Shown here: in pieces, positions 18,293-27,800 of the stretch
Position numbering within the stretch: the stretch's first letter is position 1
How the letters are laid out: each line of letters opens with the position of its first letter
Source of the DNA: Bradymonadia bacterium
Lineage (GTDB): Bacteria; Myxococcota_A; Bradymonadia; UBA7976; UBA1532
Assembly (NCBI GenBank): GCA_046290225.1
Contig: JBKAGE010000034.1
Span: forward strand, 512,001-576,000
Direction of reading: 5' to 3'
DNA: 64,000 nucleotides
Translations under genes and position numbers: made by a program
The notes under the pieces: model-generated
What the model saw: the letters and a program-made list of their open reading frames with translations, nothing else
Told to the model about the DNA's origin: nothing
Database searches by the model: none

Positions 18293-19102
18293 TCACGGGG
18301 CCATGGTGATTTCATGGGCGGGGCCTTCGCGGCCCTGGAGATCGATGGGGGCGAGGGTGACGGAGTAGGCCTGCTTCGAATCGAGCTGGAAGGTGCCGCT
18401 GCACATGCCATGACCCACCTGCACGTTGCCCTCGTTGGGCACGACGAGGGCGGTCTGCGCCGGAGCACCTCCCACTTTGGCCTCGAGGGTCACGCGGAAG
18501 GCTATGGGGCCTTCCCCCGCGGCCCCTGCGGCCATTCCCCGGCCGTCTTCGCCAGGCCCCATGGCAGGTCCACATCCGAACTCTGTTCGCCCGAGGACCT
18601 GGTCGGTGGGCTTGAGGGTCCACCGAGGGGCATCGCCTTCGAAGGCCGCGCCCACCGTCCACTTCACCGGGCGCTCCTCGCCTGCCTCGGCGTCGTAGGT
18701 ACGCAGCGTCTTGAAGCCCTGCATCACCTGGCGGCCCGTGTTCGTCTTCTCGTCGTAGACATATTTTTCGCGTTTGGTCTGCACACGATACCGCCCGCCG
18801 GCCTTCAGCGGCTGCGTCGGGGTGAGGATCACTTGAGCGGTTCGATAGCCCTCAGCATGCACGGAGACCACCTTCAGCGACTGCGCCTTGCCCTTCTGAT
18901 CGATAAGCCGCACACGTTTGATGGCGTCGAGAGCCACCCCCTTGTCATTGGCATAGCCTGTGATGGCGATGAGGGGCTGGGGCGGCACCGTGGCGCCGGA
19001 GGCCGGCCAGGTCCAGACGCCTGAAGAAGAGCATTTGCTGTGGGCAGTGCTGGCGGCACAGGCGACGAGCAACGCGGCAAGGAAAGCGAGGGGACGGCGC
19101 AT
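18293..19102 (-). CDS. Hypothetical secreted protein with an Ig-like (SbsA/Big_5-like) N-terminal module
   Basis: Signal peptide 'MRRPLAFLAALLVACAASTAHS', 'WPASGATVP', 'LTPTQPLKAGGRYRV', and Cys residues. Confidence 0.65.
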   Translation of the reverse strand: MRRPLAFLAALLVACAASTAHSKCSSSGVWTWPASGATVPPQPLIAITGYANDKGVALDAIKRVRLIDQKGKAQSLKVVSVHAEGYRTAQVILTPTQPLKAGGRYRVQTKREKYVYDEKTNTGRQVMQGFKTLRTYDAEAGEERPVKWTVGAAFEGDAPRWTLKPTDQVLGRTEFGCGPAMGPGEDGRGMAAGAAGEGPIAFRVTLEAKVGGAPAQTALVVPNEGNVQVGHGMCSGTFQLDSKQAYSVTLAPIDLQGREGPAHEITMAP

Positions 19103-19161
19103 GAGATCTCCCGAGGTGTTCTGGTGACGTCTACGGGCGAGGGCGCGAAAAGCGCTACCAC

Positions 19162-19228
19162 CCTGTGCTTCTTTCCTGTGCTTCTTTCCTGTGCCCCTCT
19201 TTCCTGTGCTTCTTTCTGGGGCTTCTTC
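19162..19228. repeat. Tandem 13-bp repeat (CCTGTGCTTCTTT), about 5 units
   Basis: Units at 19162, 19175, 19188 (15-bp variant), 19203 and 19216 (degenerate), directly after the tgt stop. Confidence 0.85.
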
Positions 19229-19230
19229 GC

Positions 19231-20352
19231 TCAGTCGTTCTCTGGCAGCCCCGACTTCCACTCTCGATAGAACTCCGGGAACGTGCCCTGCCTCAGCGCC
19301 CGGCGGATGTCGGCCATGAGGGTCAGATAGACGTGCAGGTTGTGGATCGACAGCAGCCGCCCCGCCACCAGCTCGCCCATGAGCATCTGATGTCGCAGAT
19401 AGCCTGTGCTGTAGCGTTGACATGTGTAGCAGCTGCAGTTGGAGTCGATGGGCTCCCGGCTGGTCTTGAACCGCGCGTTCTTGAGCTTGATCTTCCGACG
19501 ACCACGATCGATGAACAGGTAGCCTTTTCGGGCGTTTCGGGTGGGCATGACGCAGTCGAACATGTCCACGCCCCGGGCCACGCCCTCGACGAGATCTTTC
19601 GGCGTACCCACACCCATCAGGTAGCGGGGCTTCTCCCAGGGCATGCGGGGGGCGGTCTCTTCGAGGGTGGCGTACATCTCGGGGATCGACTCCCCCACGC
19701 TCAGGCCGCCCACGGCAAAACCGTCGAAGGGGTGCTGGCACAGCTCCTCGACGTGGCGGTGTCGCAGCTTGACGTCCGTGCCCCCCTGGATGATCGCAAA
19801 CAGCGCCTGCTTGGGATCCTTCCGGGCCTCGAGGCAACGCAGCGCCCACCGCGTCGTGCGGGCCATGGCCTCTTCCACCACTCGGGGGTGACCGTTGCTC
19901 GGGGGCAGGTGATCGAGGCACATGGCGATGTCGCTGCCGATGGCCTGCTGCAGCTCGATGGCGTGCTCTGGGGTCAAGTACAAGGCCCCGCCGTCGATGT
20001 GATTCTGGAACTTCACCCCCTCCTCGCTGATCTTGCGCCGGCTCGCCAGCGACAGAATCTGGAACCCGCCGCTGTCGGTGAGGATGCTCCGCCGCCAGTG
20101 GGCCATGGTGTGCATGCCCCCGAGGGCCCGCAGCACGTCGATGCCCGGGCGGATGGCGAGGTGATAGGTGTTCCCGAGGATGATCTGGGCCCCGAGATCT
20201 TCGAGCTCGTCGCTGGTGAGGCCCTTCACCGAGGCCATGGTGCCCACAGGCATGAAGATGGGGGTCTCCACCTCGCCGTGGCTGGTCTGGAACCGCCCGA
20301 GCCGGGCGTGGGTCTCGCCGCAGTGGGCTTCGACGCGGAAGTTCAGGTCCAC
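19231..20352 (-). CDS. tgt: tRNA-guanine transglycosylase
   Basis: 'TPIFMPVGT', 'NTYHL', 'TDSGGFQ', 'PRYLMGVG', 'DMFDCVMPTRNAR', zinc site 'CSCYTC...H'. Confidence 0.97.
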   Translation of the reverse strand: MDLNFRVEAHCGETHARLGRFQTSHGEVETPIFMPVGTMASVKGLTSDELEDLGAQIILGNTYHLAIRPGIDVLRALGGMHTMAHWRRSILTDSGGFQILSLASRRKISEEGVKFQNHIDGGALYLTPEHAIELQQAIGSDIAMCLDHLPPSNGHPRVVEEAMARTTRWALRCLEARKDPKQALFAIIQGGTDVKLRHRHVEELCQHPFDGFAVGGLSVGESIPEMYATLEETAPRMPWEKPRYLMGVGTPKDLVEGVARGVDMFDCVMPTRNARKGYLFIDRGRRKIKLKNARFKTSREPIDSNCSCYTCQRYSTGYLRHQMLMGELVAGRLLSIHNLHVYLTLMADIRRALRQGTFPEFYREWKSGLPEND

Positions 20353-21404
20353 CTGCCCTCCTCTCGACGCATCAAGGTGGCGTCGCCGTAACTGTAGAAT
20401 TTCATCTGGGATTCCACCGCACGCTCATAGGCGTGGAGCACCCGCTCTCGGCCGGCGAGGGCACTCACCAGCATCAGCAGCGTGCTCTCGGGCAAGTGGA
20501 AGTTGGTGATCAGGCCGTCGACATAGGTGAAGTCGAAGCCGGGGTAGATGAAGATCTCCGTCTCCACCGGGGCCCCGATGATCTTTTGCTGGGCAAAACT
20601 CTCCACGGCGCGGACGGCGGTGGTGCCCACGCACACAATGGGTCGGCCTTGCTGTCGGACCTCTTCGAGCGCCGCGGCGGTGGCCTCGGGGATCGAGTAC
20701 CACTCCCCGTGCATGTGGTGAGCGCTCACGTCATCGACCCGCATGGGCATAAAGGTCCCCAGGCCCACGTGCAGCGTCACCGGGTACACCTTCACCCCTT
20801 TGGCCTTGATCGCGTCGAGGATCTCGTCTGTGAAGTGCAGCCCCGCCGTAGGCGCCGCCACTGAGCCCGGATCTCGGGCATAGACGGTCTGGTAGCGCTC
20901 CACATCGTCGGCGTCAGGGTCCCGCTCGATGTACGGCGGCAGCGGGATCTGCCCCTGTCGGTCGAGCCAGGACCACAGCGCGTCGATGCCCGTGAGCACC
21001 ACCTCGGCGGTGCCATCCGCCTGTCGAGCAGTGAAGTGCGCCGAGACACCTTCAGGGAACTTCAGCGTGATGCCGGGCTTGAGGTTCTTGCCCCGGAGCA
21101 TGGCCTCGATGACCAGGCCGCCGGCGTGAGGCCCCACAGTCTGTGGACCCACGGCGCGGATCACCAGCATCTCCACCTTGCCACCTGTGGGCTTCTCTCC
21201 ATAGATGCGGGCGGGCACCACCTTGCTGTCGTTGATGATGAGCAGCTCTTCGCCGGTGAAGGCGTCGACGATGTCGGCGAAAGGCCCGATCACCGGCTCT
21301 CCCCCCACAGGGATCTGCATCAGCCGGCTGCCCCCGCGGTCGGGCGCAGGACGCTGAGCGATGAGCGCCTCGGGCAGTTCGAATGAGAAGTCGCTGCGAT
21401 TCAT
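20343..21404 (-). CDS. queA: S-adenosylmethionine:tRNA ribosyltransferase-isomerase
   Basis: 'LIAQRP', 'PLPPYI', 'YQTVYA', 'AAPTAGLHFT', 'TNFHLPESTL', 'FYSYGDA'. Confidence 0.97.
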   Translation of the reverse strand: MNRSDFSFELPEALIAQRPAPDRGGSRLMQIPVGGEPVIGPFADIVDAFTGEELLIINDSKVVPARIYGEKPTGGKVEMLVIRAVGPQTVGPHAGGLVIEAMLRGKNLKPGITLKFPEGVSAHFTARQADGTAEVVLTGIDALWSWLDRQGQIPLPPYIERDPDADDVERYQTVYARDPGSVAAPTAGLHFTDEILDAIKAKGVKVYPVTLHVGLGTFMPMRVDDVSAHHMHGEWYSIPEATAAALEEVRQQGRPIVCVGTTAVRAVESFAQQKIIGAPVETEIFIYPGFDFTYVDGLITNFHLPESTLLMLVSALAGRERVLHAYERAVESQMKFYSYGDATLMRREEGRWT

Positions 21405-23386
21405 GGCTGCTCAGGGGCCTTCGGGGCCGGGCTCATGATGGCATCACCGGGCGCAGTCTCTGGCGCCTCGGGCTCGGGGCGCTTCACGCCTGTGAGCCAG
21501 CGGGTGCGCCGTCGGCGCTGGGCCGTGGTGGCCTCAGGGTCGAACTCGAGCACCCAGCGGTTCTTCGGGGCCTCGGCGAAGGCGCCATCGAGGGTGATCA
21601 TCCGGGCACGGCGGCTCACGAGCATGCTCACGCCGTCACCGGGCTGGTAGCGGGAGAGCACCCGCGCCTTGTGCTTGCCGTCGATGCGGTAGCCGTCGAG
21701 GGCGATGATCTCATCACCGACGTTGAGCCCCATCTGCCACGCTGGGGTGTCCCGGAGCACATTCTTCACGATGAGGCGGCCACCCTTGTCGTCGACGTGC
21801 AACCCCAGCCAGCCCTGGGTCGGGTCATCCTCCTTGGGGGGCTTCACGGGCTTGAACCTCAGCCCGAGCCAGGACAAAGCAGGGCCATAGTTGAAGGACT
21901 GCGTGCCGTCGATGTGATCCCTGAAGAAGTCGTTGAGATCTGCACCTGCAACCTGGTTCACGAGCTTGCGAAACTCCATGGGCGTAAAGCCACGCTCACC
22001 GCTGTATCGGCGATAGGCGAGCCGCATGACGTCGTCGAGGCTGGCCACCCCACCGGAGGCCTGCTGGATACGAGCGTCGAGCAGGAAGGCGGCGAGGGAC
22101 CCCCGGGTGTAGTAGCTCACGGCGGTGTTCTCGGAGTTCTCGTCGGGGCGGTAGTGCTTGATCCAGGCGTTGAACGACGAGGCGCCGAGGCTCTGCACGA
22201 AGCGACCCGGGCGATGCTCCACCCTGCCGATGCTCTTCGACAAGCGCTTCAGATACTCCGCGTCGGTCATGATGTCGGCTCGCCGCAGCAGCAGGTCGTC
22301 ATAGTACGAGGTGACCCCCTCGGCCACCCAGAGGCTGCGGGTGTAGTTCTCGTGCTCGTAGTCGAAGGGGCCCAGAGCCTCGGGCCGCAGCCGCTTCACG
22401 TTCCAGGTATGAAAGAACTCGTGGCTCACGAGGCCGAGCCAGCCCAGGTAGTCCTTCCGGCGCTCCGTGGCCCAGAGGCTGGTCATCATGAGGGTGCTGT
22501 TCTTGTGCTCGAGGCCGCCGCCAGCCTCGGCGAGCACGTTGAGAAACAAGTAGTTGTCGTAGGGCACCTGACCCCAGAAGTCGATCTGAGTCTGTACGAC
22601 CTTCGCCACGTCGGTGGCGGCCTTCACGCTGTCCCAGATGGATCGGTCGTCCCGGCCGATCAGCCCGGCGTCGATGAGCATGTGGGGCTTGCCGGCCACC
22701 TCGAAGCGTTGCACTGAGGGGTTGCCCAACAACACGGGGCTGTCCACGAGGGTGTCGAAGTCGGCGGCGCGGTAGTGATGGGCCTTGCCGCTCGGGTGCC
22801 CTTCGAGGCCCGTGTGGCTCTGGAACCACCGCTCGGGCATCTCGAACTTCACGTCGTGGGGCAGCTCGAGGCCATCGGGCCGGGTGATGAAGGTGGGGGC
22901 GCCGTTGAGCACGGCGAAGTCCGCCTCGACCCAGTTGGTGCGCACCGACATCTCTCGGCCGTAGACGCGATAGTTCACCATCACTTTGGTGGAGCCGTTG
23001 GCTTCGATCTTCCACCGGTTTTTGGCCACCTGACTCCAGGTGAGCGCCTCACCGCCATCGTTGAAGGCCTCGAAACGCTCCACATGGCGGCTGTACTCCC
23101 GGAGCAGGTACGACCCCGGCGTCCACGTGGCCATCATCAGCTCGAGGGTGGGCGCCTCGTCCACGAGGAAGATCGCCTGCACTTCCATGTAGTGGCTGTG
23201 GGCCTTGGGGAAGCTCACGGTGTAGCTGATGGGCGCCTGGCTCGGCGCGGTGTCGGGCACCGCGACCTTCGGCGACTCCGCTGGAGGGGGCGGCAGCTGA
23301 GGCGGCGCCTTCGGCGTGGGTACGTCACAGGCGGAGAGGCCCGCGAGGATCAGGCCTGAAAGAAGATGACGCAGGGCGTGACGCAC
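21401..23386 (-). CDS. M61 family glycyl aminopeptidase with C-terminal PDZ domain, probable lipoprotein
   Basis: 'WTPGSYL', 'GGGLEH', 'HEFFHTWNVKRLRP', 'LWVAEGVTSYY', PDZ 'PAWQMGLNVGDEIIALDG', lipobox 'LSAC'. Start inferred. Confidence 0.9.
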   Translation of the reverse strand: MRHALRHLLSGLILAGLSACDVPTPKAPPQLPPPPAESPKVAVPDTAPSQAPISYTVSFPKAHSHYMEVQAIFLVDEAPTLELMMATWTPGSYLLREYSRHVERFEAFNDGGEALTWSQVAKNRWKIEANGSTKVMVNYRVYGREMSVRTNWVEADFAVLNGAPTFITRPDGLELPHDVKFEMPERWFQSHTGLEGHPSGKAHHYRAADFDTLVDSPVLLGNPSVQRFEVAGKPHMLIDAGLIGRDDRSIWDSVKAATDVAKVVQTQIDFWGQVPYDNYLFLNVLAEAGGGLEHKNSTLMMTSLWATERRKDYLGWLGLVSHEFFHTWNVKRLRPEALGPFDYEHENYTRSLWVAEGVTSYYDDLLLRRADIMTDAEYLKRLSKSIGRVEHRPGRFVQSLGASSFNAWIKHYRPDENSENTAVSYYTRGSLAAFLLDARIQQASGGVASLDDVMRLAYRRYSGERGFTPMEFRKLVNQVAGADLNDFFRDHIDGTQSFNYGPALSWLGLRFKPVKPPKEDDPTQGWLGLHVDDKGGRLIVKNVLRDTPAWQMGLNVGDEIIALDGYRIDGKHKARVLSRYQPGDGVSMLVSRRARMITLDGAFAEAPKNRWVLEFDPEATTAQRRRRTRWLTGVKRPEPEAPETAPGDAIMSPAPKAPEQP

Positions 23387-23462
23387 AGAAGAGCTCCCGT
23401 GTGAATGCAAGCGGGGGATTCTCGCCGCCCCCCAGCGTCGCCTCAAGGGATTTCTGAGCGCG

Positions 23463-24332
23463 TCAGGGGTCTCGAGACTCGACAAAGGCCACAGCACGCT
23501 CCACGAGGACCCCAGGCTGTTCGAGGTGCAAGCTGTGACCAGCGTCTTCGATGTGTTCGAAGGCGCCTCCTCCCGGCAGGTGCTCTCGGTAGAACGCCTC
23601 GTGCTCTGGCCAGAGCAGGCGCTCCCCTGCCCCCCACAACACCAACGTTGGTGCGTCGAGGGCGCTCAGCGTCTCTGCGTCGAACTGGTCCTCGGCGCTG
23701 ATCTGCTCGAAGAAGCTCTGAATCGAGGGTCGCTGAAACTCTGCCTGTACCAGCGGCGCCACCAGCGGGGTGAACCACGGGGGTCGCCGGAACAGCCGCC
23801 CGCTGAAGTCGAGGGCCCGACGGTAGGTGGTGGGGTCGAAGCCCCCGAGGAACTGCTCGAAGCGCTCTGGAGACAGCGGCCCGCCCGCCGGCGCGCAGAG
23901 GACGACAGCCCGTACGGAGAGACGCCTTCTGAGGGCCAGCTTCACGGCGAGGGCACCACCAAGGGAGCACCCCAGGAGCACCACAGGGCCCTCGACGGTC
24001 TCGAGGAGGGCCTGCTCGATGGCCGTCACCATCTGATCTGCGGTCATGTGCCCGGGCTCACCGGCTGACCGACCATGACCAGGCAAATCAGGGGCCACGA
24101 GGCGGGTCACGTGGGGCCGCAGCGTCGAGAGCAGGCCACCATAGGCTGTGGCGTGAGAGCCCACGCCGTGGAGCACCACCCACGTGCCCAGGGCGCCACC
24201 ACCATCACCGCAGTAGAGTCGCAGTGGGCCCATCTCGGTCTCCACGGGCTGCGGCCGCAGCCCGAGGCCCTTGAGCCGGAGCGTGGCGGCGCCGAGAGCC
24301 GTGGCCCTCAAGAGGCGCAGGTGAGGTTGCAT
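23463..24332 (-). CDS. Alpha/beta fold hydrolase
   Basis: 'VVLHG', 'PDLPGHGRS', nucleophile elbow 'GCSLGG', and 'AGHSLHLEQP'. Confidence 0.88.
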   Translation of the reverse strand: MQPHLRLLRATALGAATLRLKGLGLRPQPVETEMGPLRLYCGDGGGALGTWVVLHGVGSHATAYGGLLSTLRPHVTRLVAPDLPGHGRSAGEPGHMTADQMVTAIEQALLETVEGPVVLLGCSLGGALAVKLALRRRLSVRAVVLCAPAGGPLSPERFEQFLGGFDPTTYRRALDFSGRLFRRPPWFTPLVAPLVQAEFQRPSIQSFFEQISAEDQFDAETLSALDAPTLVLWGAGERLLWPEHEAFYREHLPGGGAFEHIEDAGHSLHLEQPGVLVERAVAFVESRDP

Positions 24333-24392
24333 CGGAGCCCTCCTGTTCGCCCCATCTGCCAACCGGGGACCCCAGATCTGTATCATAGGCCC

Positions 24393-24866
24393 ATGAGCAA
24401 TCACCGACTGCACACGTTGATGCTGTGGTGCGCCGCCACCGACAAGACCTTCGAGCGGGTGATGTTCGGCGATCACGAGGCGCTGCGGGGCAAGTGCATC
24501 CACTGCAACTCGGCCCTGACGATCAACCTCAAGGGCAAGCCCCTCGACAAGGCCAGCCTGGAGCACATCGTCCCCCAGACCCATGGCGGCACAGACGATC
24601 TGGCGAACCTGTCTCTGGCATGTAAGAAGTGCAACAACCTGAAGGGCTGCCGTCTCGATCGACGTCCGCTGAGCGATCCGACGCTGGCGGCGGTCATCGA
24701 GACCCTCACCCGACGAAAGGCCGAGCGGGCCCGGCCACCCCTGGCCAGCTTGAGCCTGCCTCCGCTGCCTCCCATCTCCACTCAGGTGGTGCTCGCCGAG
24801 GCCGAGCCGCCACCCCCACCCCCGCGTCGTGGGCGCAAGGGTCGCAAACGCAAGAGCCGACGGTGA
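24393..24866 (+). CDS. HNH endonuclease (McrA-like, zinc-binding)
   Basis: 'CIHC', 'LEHIVPQTHGGTDDLANLSLACKKCNNLKG', and a basic C-terminal tail. Confidence 0.85.
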   Translation: MSNHRLHTLMLWCAATDKTFERVMFGDHEALRGKCIHCNSALTINLKGKPLDKASLEHIVPQTHGGTDDLANLSLACKKCNNLKGCRLDRRPLSDPTLAAVIETLTRRKAERARPPLASLSLPPLPPISTQVVLAEAEPPPPPPRRGRKGRKRKSRR

Positions 24867-24900
24867 ATCCGAAGCCCCTGCCGTGCCCGAGAGAGAGCGC

Positions 24901-25707
24901 ATGATCCCCGCCCGAAAAGGCCCCCGCTTCAACCGCTGGTTCTCCAAACAGGCTGAAGGTCGAATTCACAAGACCTTCGGCCGGGTCTACTCCCGGGGGC
25001 TCGACGGCTTCGAAGCAGCGTCGAGAGAGGGTCCCATCTTGCTGGTGAGCAACCACAGCGCATGGTGGGACTCGATGCTCATCATCTGGCTGGTGAACCG
25101 CCCGCTGAGTCTCGACGGCTACGCCATGATGGACGCGAAGAACCTGCGGAAGTTCCCCTTTCTGGGCAAGGTGGGGGCCTATGGGGTGGAGCTGGACCAA
25201 TCAGGCGACGGCCCTGAGGCCATCGCCTATGGCGCGGATCTGCTCGACCGGCCCGGCCGCATGGTCCTGGTCTACCCTCAGGGACGAGAGCGCCCGCTCA
25301 ACGTCAGGCCTCTGGGTTTTCGCCGCGGCGCCGCGGTGATGGCCGCCCAGGTGGTGGCCGCTGGAGGGCCGCCTTTGCAGGTGGTCTCTCTGGGGGCGCG
25401 CTATGTCTTCGGACCCCGAGAGGCCCCGGACGTCTACCTCGCCTTTGGCCCGGCGGTGACACCGGCCGTGGGCCTCGACGAGGCCAGCATCGAGCAGGAG
25501 CGTCGACGACAGGAAGATGGGGTCGCCGAGCAGCTCGATTTGATCGAAGGTGCTCTGGAGGCCCCCGCAGCTGCGGGCTTCGACACGTTGTACGCCCGCA
25601 AGCCTGGGGCTGTGGCCCAGTGGGCCGAGCGCACCCTGGTGAAGGCCGTCAGGGGGCACCTGAAGTGGAAGGGTCAGGCCATAGCCGCCCCGAAGGATCA
25701 ATCCTGA
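24901..25707 (+). CDS. PlsC-family acyltransferase, probably carotenoid-glycoside acyltransferase by context
   Basis: 'SNHSAWWD' (HxxxxD) and 'VYPQG', next to the glycosyltransferase/crtC/crtD genes. Confidence 0.8.
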   Translation: MIPARKGPRFNRWFSKQAEGRIHKTFGRVYSRGLDGFEAASREGPILLVSNHSAWWDSMLIIWLVNRPLSLDGYAMMDAKNLRKFPFLGKVGAYGVELDQSGDGPEAIAYGADLLDRPGRMVLVYPQGRERPLNVRPLGFRRGAAVMAAQVVAAGGPPLQVVSLGARYVFGPREAPDVYLAFGPAVTPAVGLDEASIEQERRRQEDGVAEQLDLIEGALEAPAAAGFDTLYARKPGAVAQWAERTLVKAVRGHLKWKGQAIAAPKDQS

Positions 25708-26830
25708 GACGGCGGCCGCGCCACACCACGCTGCGGCTGCGCAACGCCTTGAGAAAGCTCGCCGTGAGGGCCAGCTCTGACAGCGCCACGTCCATGGGCC
25801 AGCACCATGGCTGAAGTGGCCGCCGCGCAAAGCGTCGCGCGGCGGCGGCCACGGCGAGCCGGTTGAGTGCCAGAACACTCCACGCGGTCAAAGCGACGCT
25901 CGGCGCAGCAGAGGCGCCGAGGGCCAGAAGCACAGTCACTGGCCACAACGGAAAAAAGAACAGTGGATAGGTGATCAACAGCGCAGGCCGCTGGGCCCGG
26001 ATGACCGTGAGCCAGCGGCTGTAGCGGCCGATGATCCCCTTCAGCGTGCGGCCGTGGGTCACCGCCGGCACCACCTCGGTGGAGGGCGACACAGACAGCC
26101 CCGCCGCCTGCACCCGGCGAGACAGCTCCATGTCCTCGCCGAGATAGTCCACCAGGGGCGCGAAGCCTTCGAGGGCCTGCACCGCCGCTGGCGACAGCGC
26201 AAAGAGCTTGCCCACCAACCCCTGCGGATCGATGGCACTCAACAACGGGAAGGCGTGCAGAGAGGCACCGAGCCAGGCCTGAGAGGCGCGATCACCCCAA
26301 GAGTTCACCGGCCCGCGCTCTGCGGGTGGCATCCAAGCCACCCCATCACCGGCGAGTCGTCGCAGGCCTTCGAGATCCACCCCAGTGAGATCGACGTCGC
26401 TGTCTGCGGAGAGCACCCAACAAGGGGCATCCAGTCTGGCGATGGCCTGAGCGATTTGAGCGGCTTTGTGATTGGGCGCCTCACCCACATCCACCACCCA
26501 GACCTGAGCGTCCATCCCCTGCCCTCGCAGATCGGCGCAGACCTGCTCGGCGATGGGCCGGGCGGCGTCTTCGGGATCGGCGACGGTGACACGATAGATC
26601 AGCGGGCCGCTCACCTCGGCGGCCCCTGCAGAGGCGAGCGTGTGCGAGAGCCAGATCTCTGAGCCGGCACAGGGCCTCAGCAACACCATGGGGGTCTGGG
26701 GATCCACGATGGGCTGTGATGCAGGGCGTCGCGCCATGGCCCACCGACGCGTTATGGCCACCGAGGCCACCACGAAGGCCCCAAAGCCCCAGAGCACACC
26801 GAGGGCCAGAGGCACCCAGAGAAGGCTCAC
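25649..26830 (-). CDS. GT-A glycosyltransferase (family 2/21, HpnI/ceramide glucosyltransferase-like), probably carotenoid glycosylation
   Basis: 'LLRPCAG', 'NHK', 'DSD', 'LGEDM', 'RW', N- and C-terminal TM segments. GTG start overlaps the crtC stop. Confidence 0.75.
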   Translation of the reverse strand: MSLLWVPLALGVLWGFGAFVVASVAITRRWAMARRPASQPIVDPQTPMVLLRPCAGSEIWLSHTLASAGAAEVSGPLIYRVTVADPEDAARPIAEQVCADLRGQGMDAQVWVVDVGEAPNHKAAQIAQAIARLDAPCWVLSADSDVDLTGVDLEGLRRLAGDGVAWMPPAERGPVNSWGDRASQAWLGASLHAFPLLSAIDPQGLVGKLFALSPAAVQALEGFAPLVDYLGEDMELSRRVQAAGLSVSPSTEVVPAVTHGRTLKGIIGRYSRWLTVIRAQRPALLITYPLFFFPLWPVTVLLALGASAAPSVALTAWSVLALNRLAVAAAARRFARRPLQPWCWPMDVALSELALTASFLKALRSRSVVWRGRRLRIDPSGRLWPDPSTSGAP

Positions 26831-27800
26831 GAGCGCTCTCGACGCATGCGGAATGGCAGCAGAAAGCGCACCCAGCCGCGATCGAAGCGATCGAGGTCGA
26901 GGGACTCGTGGACGGCTTTCACTGGGCTGCCCGCCCAGGTGTTGGCCACCAGAGAGCGGCAATAGAACGGGGTGTCCTCGAGGCTGCGGATGAGCTTCGC
27001 CGGGGCCCCCTCTGGATGACGGGCGGCGCGCTTCACCCCCCACCCTCCGGTCTTGAGCGCCGCCACCGGCCACCGCGCCTCGGGATCTACAGGGATCATC
27101 TCGCCCTCGGGGGTGAAGCGGTGGGCCCACCTCAGAGTGGACCCGTCACGTCGATCTGCGTCGTAGAAGACCACCGCCCCCTGCCCCGGGATCTCCGCCC
27201 GGGACCAGTCCCACCGCACGAAGCCGCGCTCCAGGGGCTCGCTGCCCTGGTTGCTGTCGTGATAGGCCGCGCCAGAGAAACGGACCGACGGCTGGTCGAG
27301 TTGCACCTCGGCCCGGGCGTTGGGGGCGATGGGCCACCATCGATGGCGCCCGTTGGCGTCGAGGTGCACTTCGGGGCCGAAGATCACACCAGGATCGAGG
27401 GTGATGGTGCCCGCCATGCGCTGGCCAAAGGGGGCAGCCTTCTCCTCGAAGCGCACGTGCAGGCGCCCCTCGGACCATGTCAGGGTGGTCCCACCGAGGG
27501 TGTAGCTGTCGGGGCTGCGCTCCAGGCGGTCGGCGCGACCCTCGGTCATCACCCAGAGCTTCTTGCGCCCAGGCCCGTAGAGCACCACGTTCATCGCCGG
27601 GAACTTCAGCGGATCTACGCCAGCGCCCTGCTTGCGGGCCCTGGCGTAGAACGGCGAGAACACGCTGCCTACGAAGGCGATGAGCACCAGGCTGTAGCGG
27701 CCGTCGTCGCTGGTGACGTCGAGGTACCACCAGACATAGCCGTCGGGATCTACCCTGACGTCGAAGGGGGGGCCAGGGCGAGATCGGCGGCGATCTTCTC
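26827..27800 (-). CDS. crtC: Carotenoid 1,2-hydratase (hydroxyneurosporene synthase); 5' end uncertain and overlapping crtD
   Basis: 'GYVWWYLDVTSDDG..LVLIAFVGSVFSPFY', 'HRWWPIAP', 'YHDSN.GSEPLE..F..WDW', 'EDTPFY', 'HESLDLDRF', 'LPFRM'. Confidence 0.88.

Noticed and set aside
24393..24866. HNH gene as a mobile element or defence system
   Set aside because: No intron, terminal repeats, methylase or partner genes. Stand-alone HNH genes are common.
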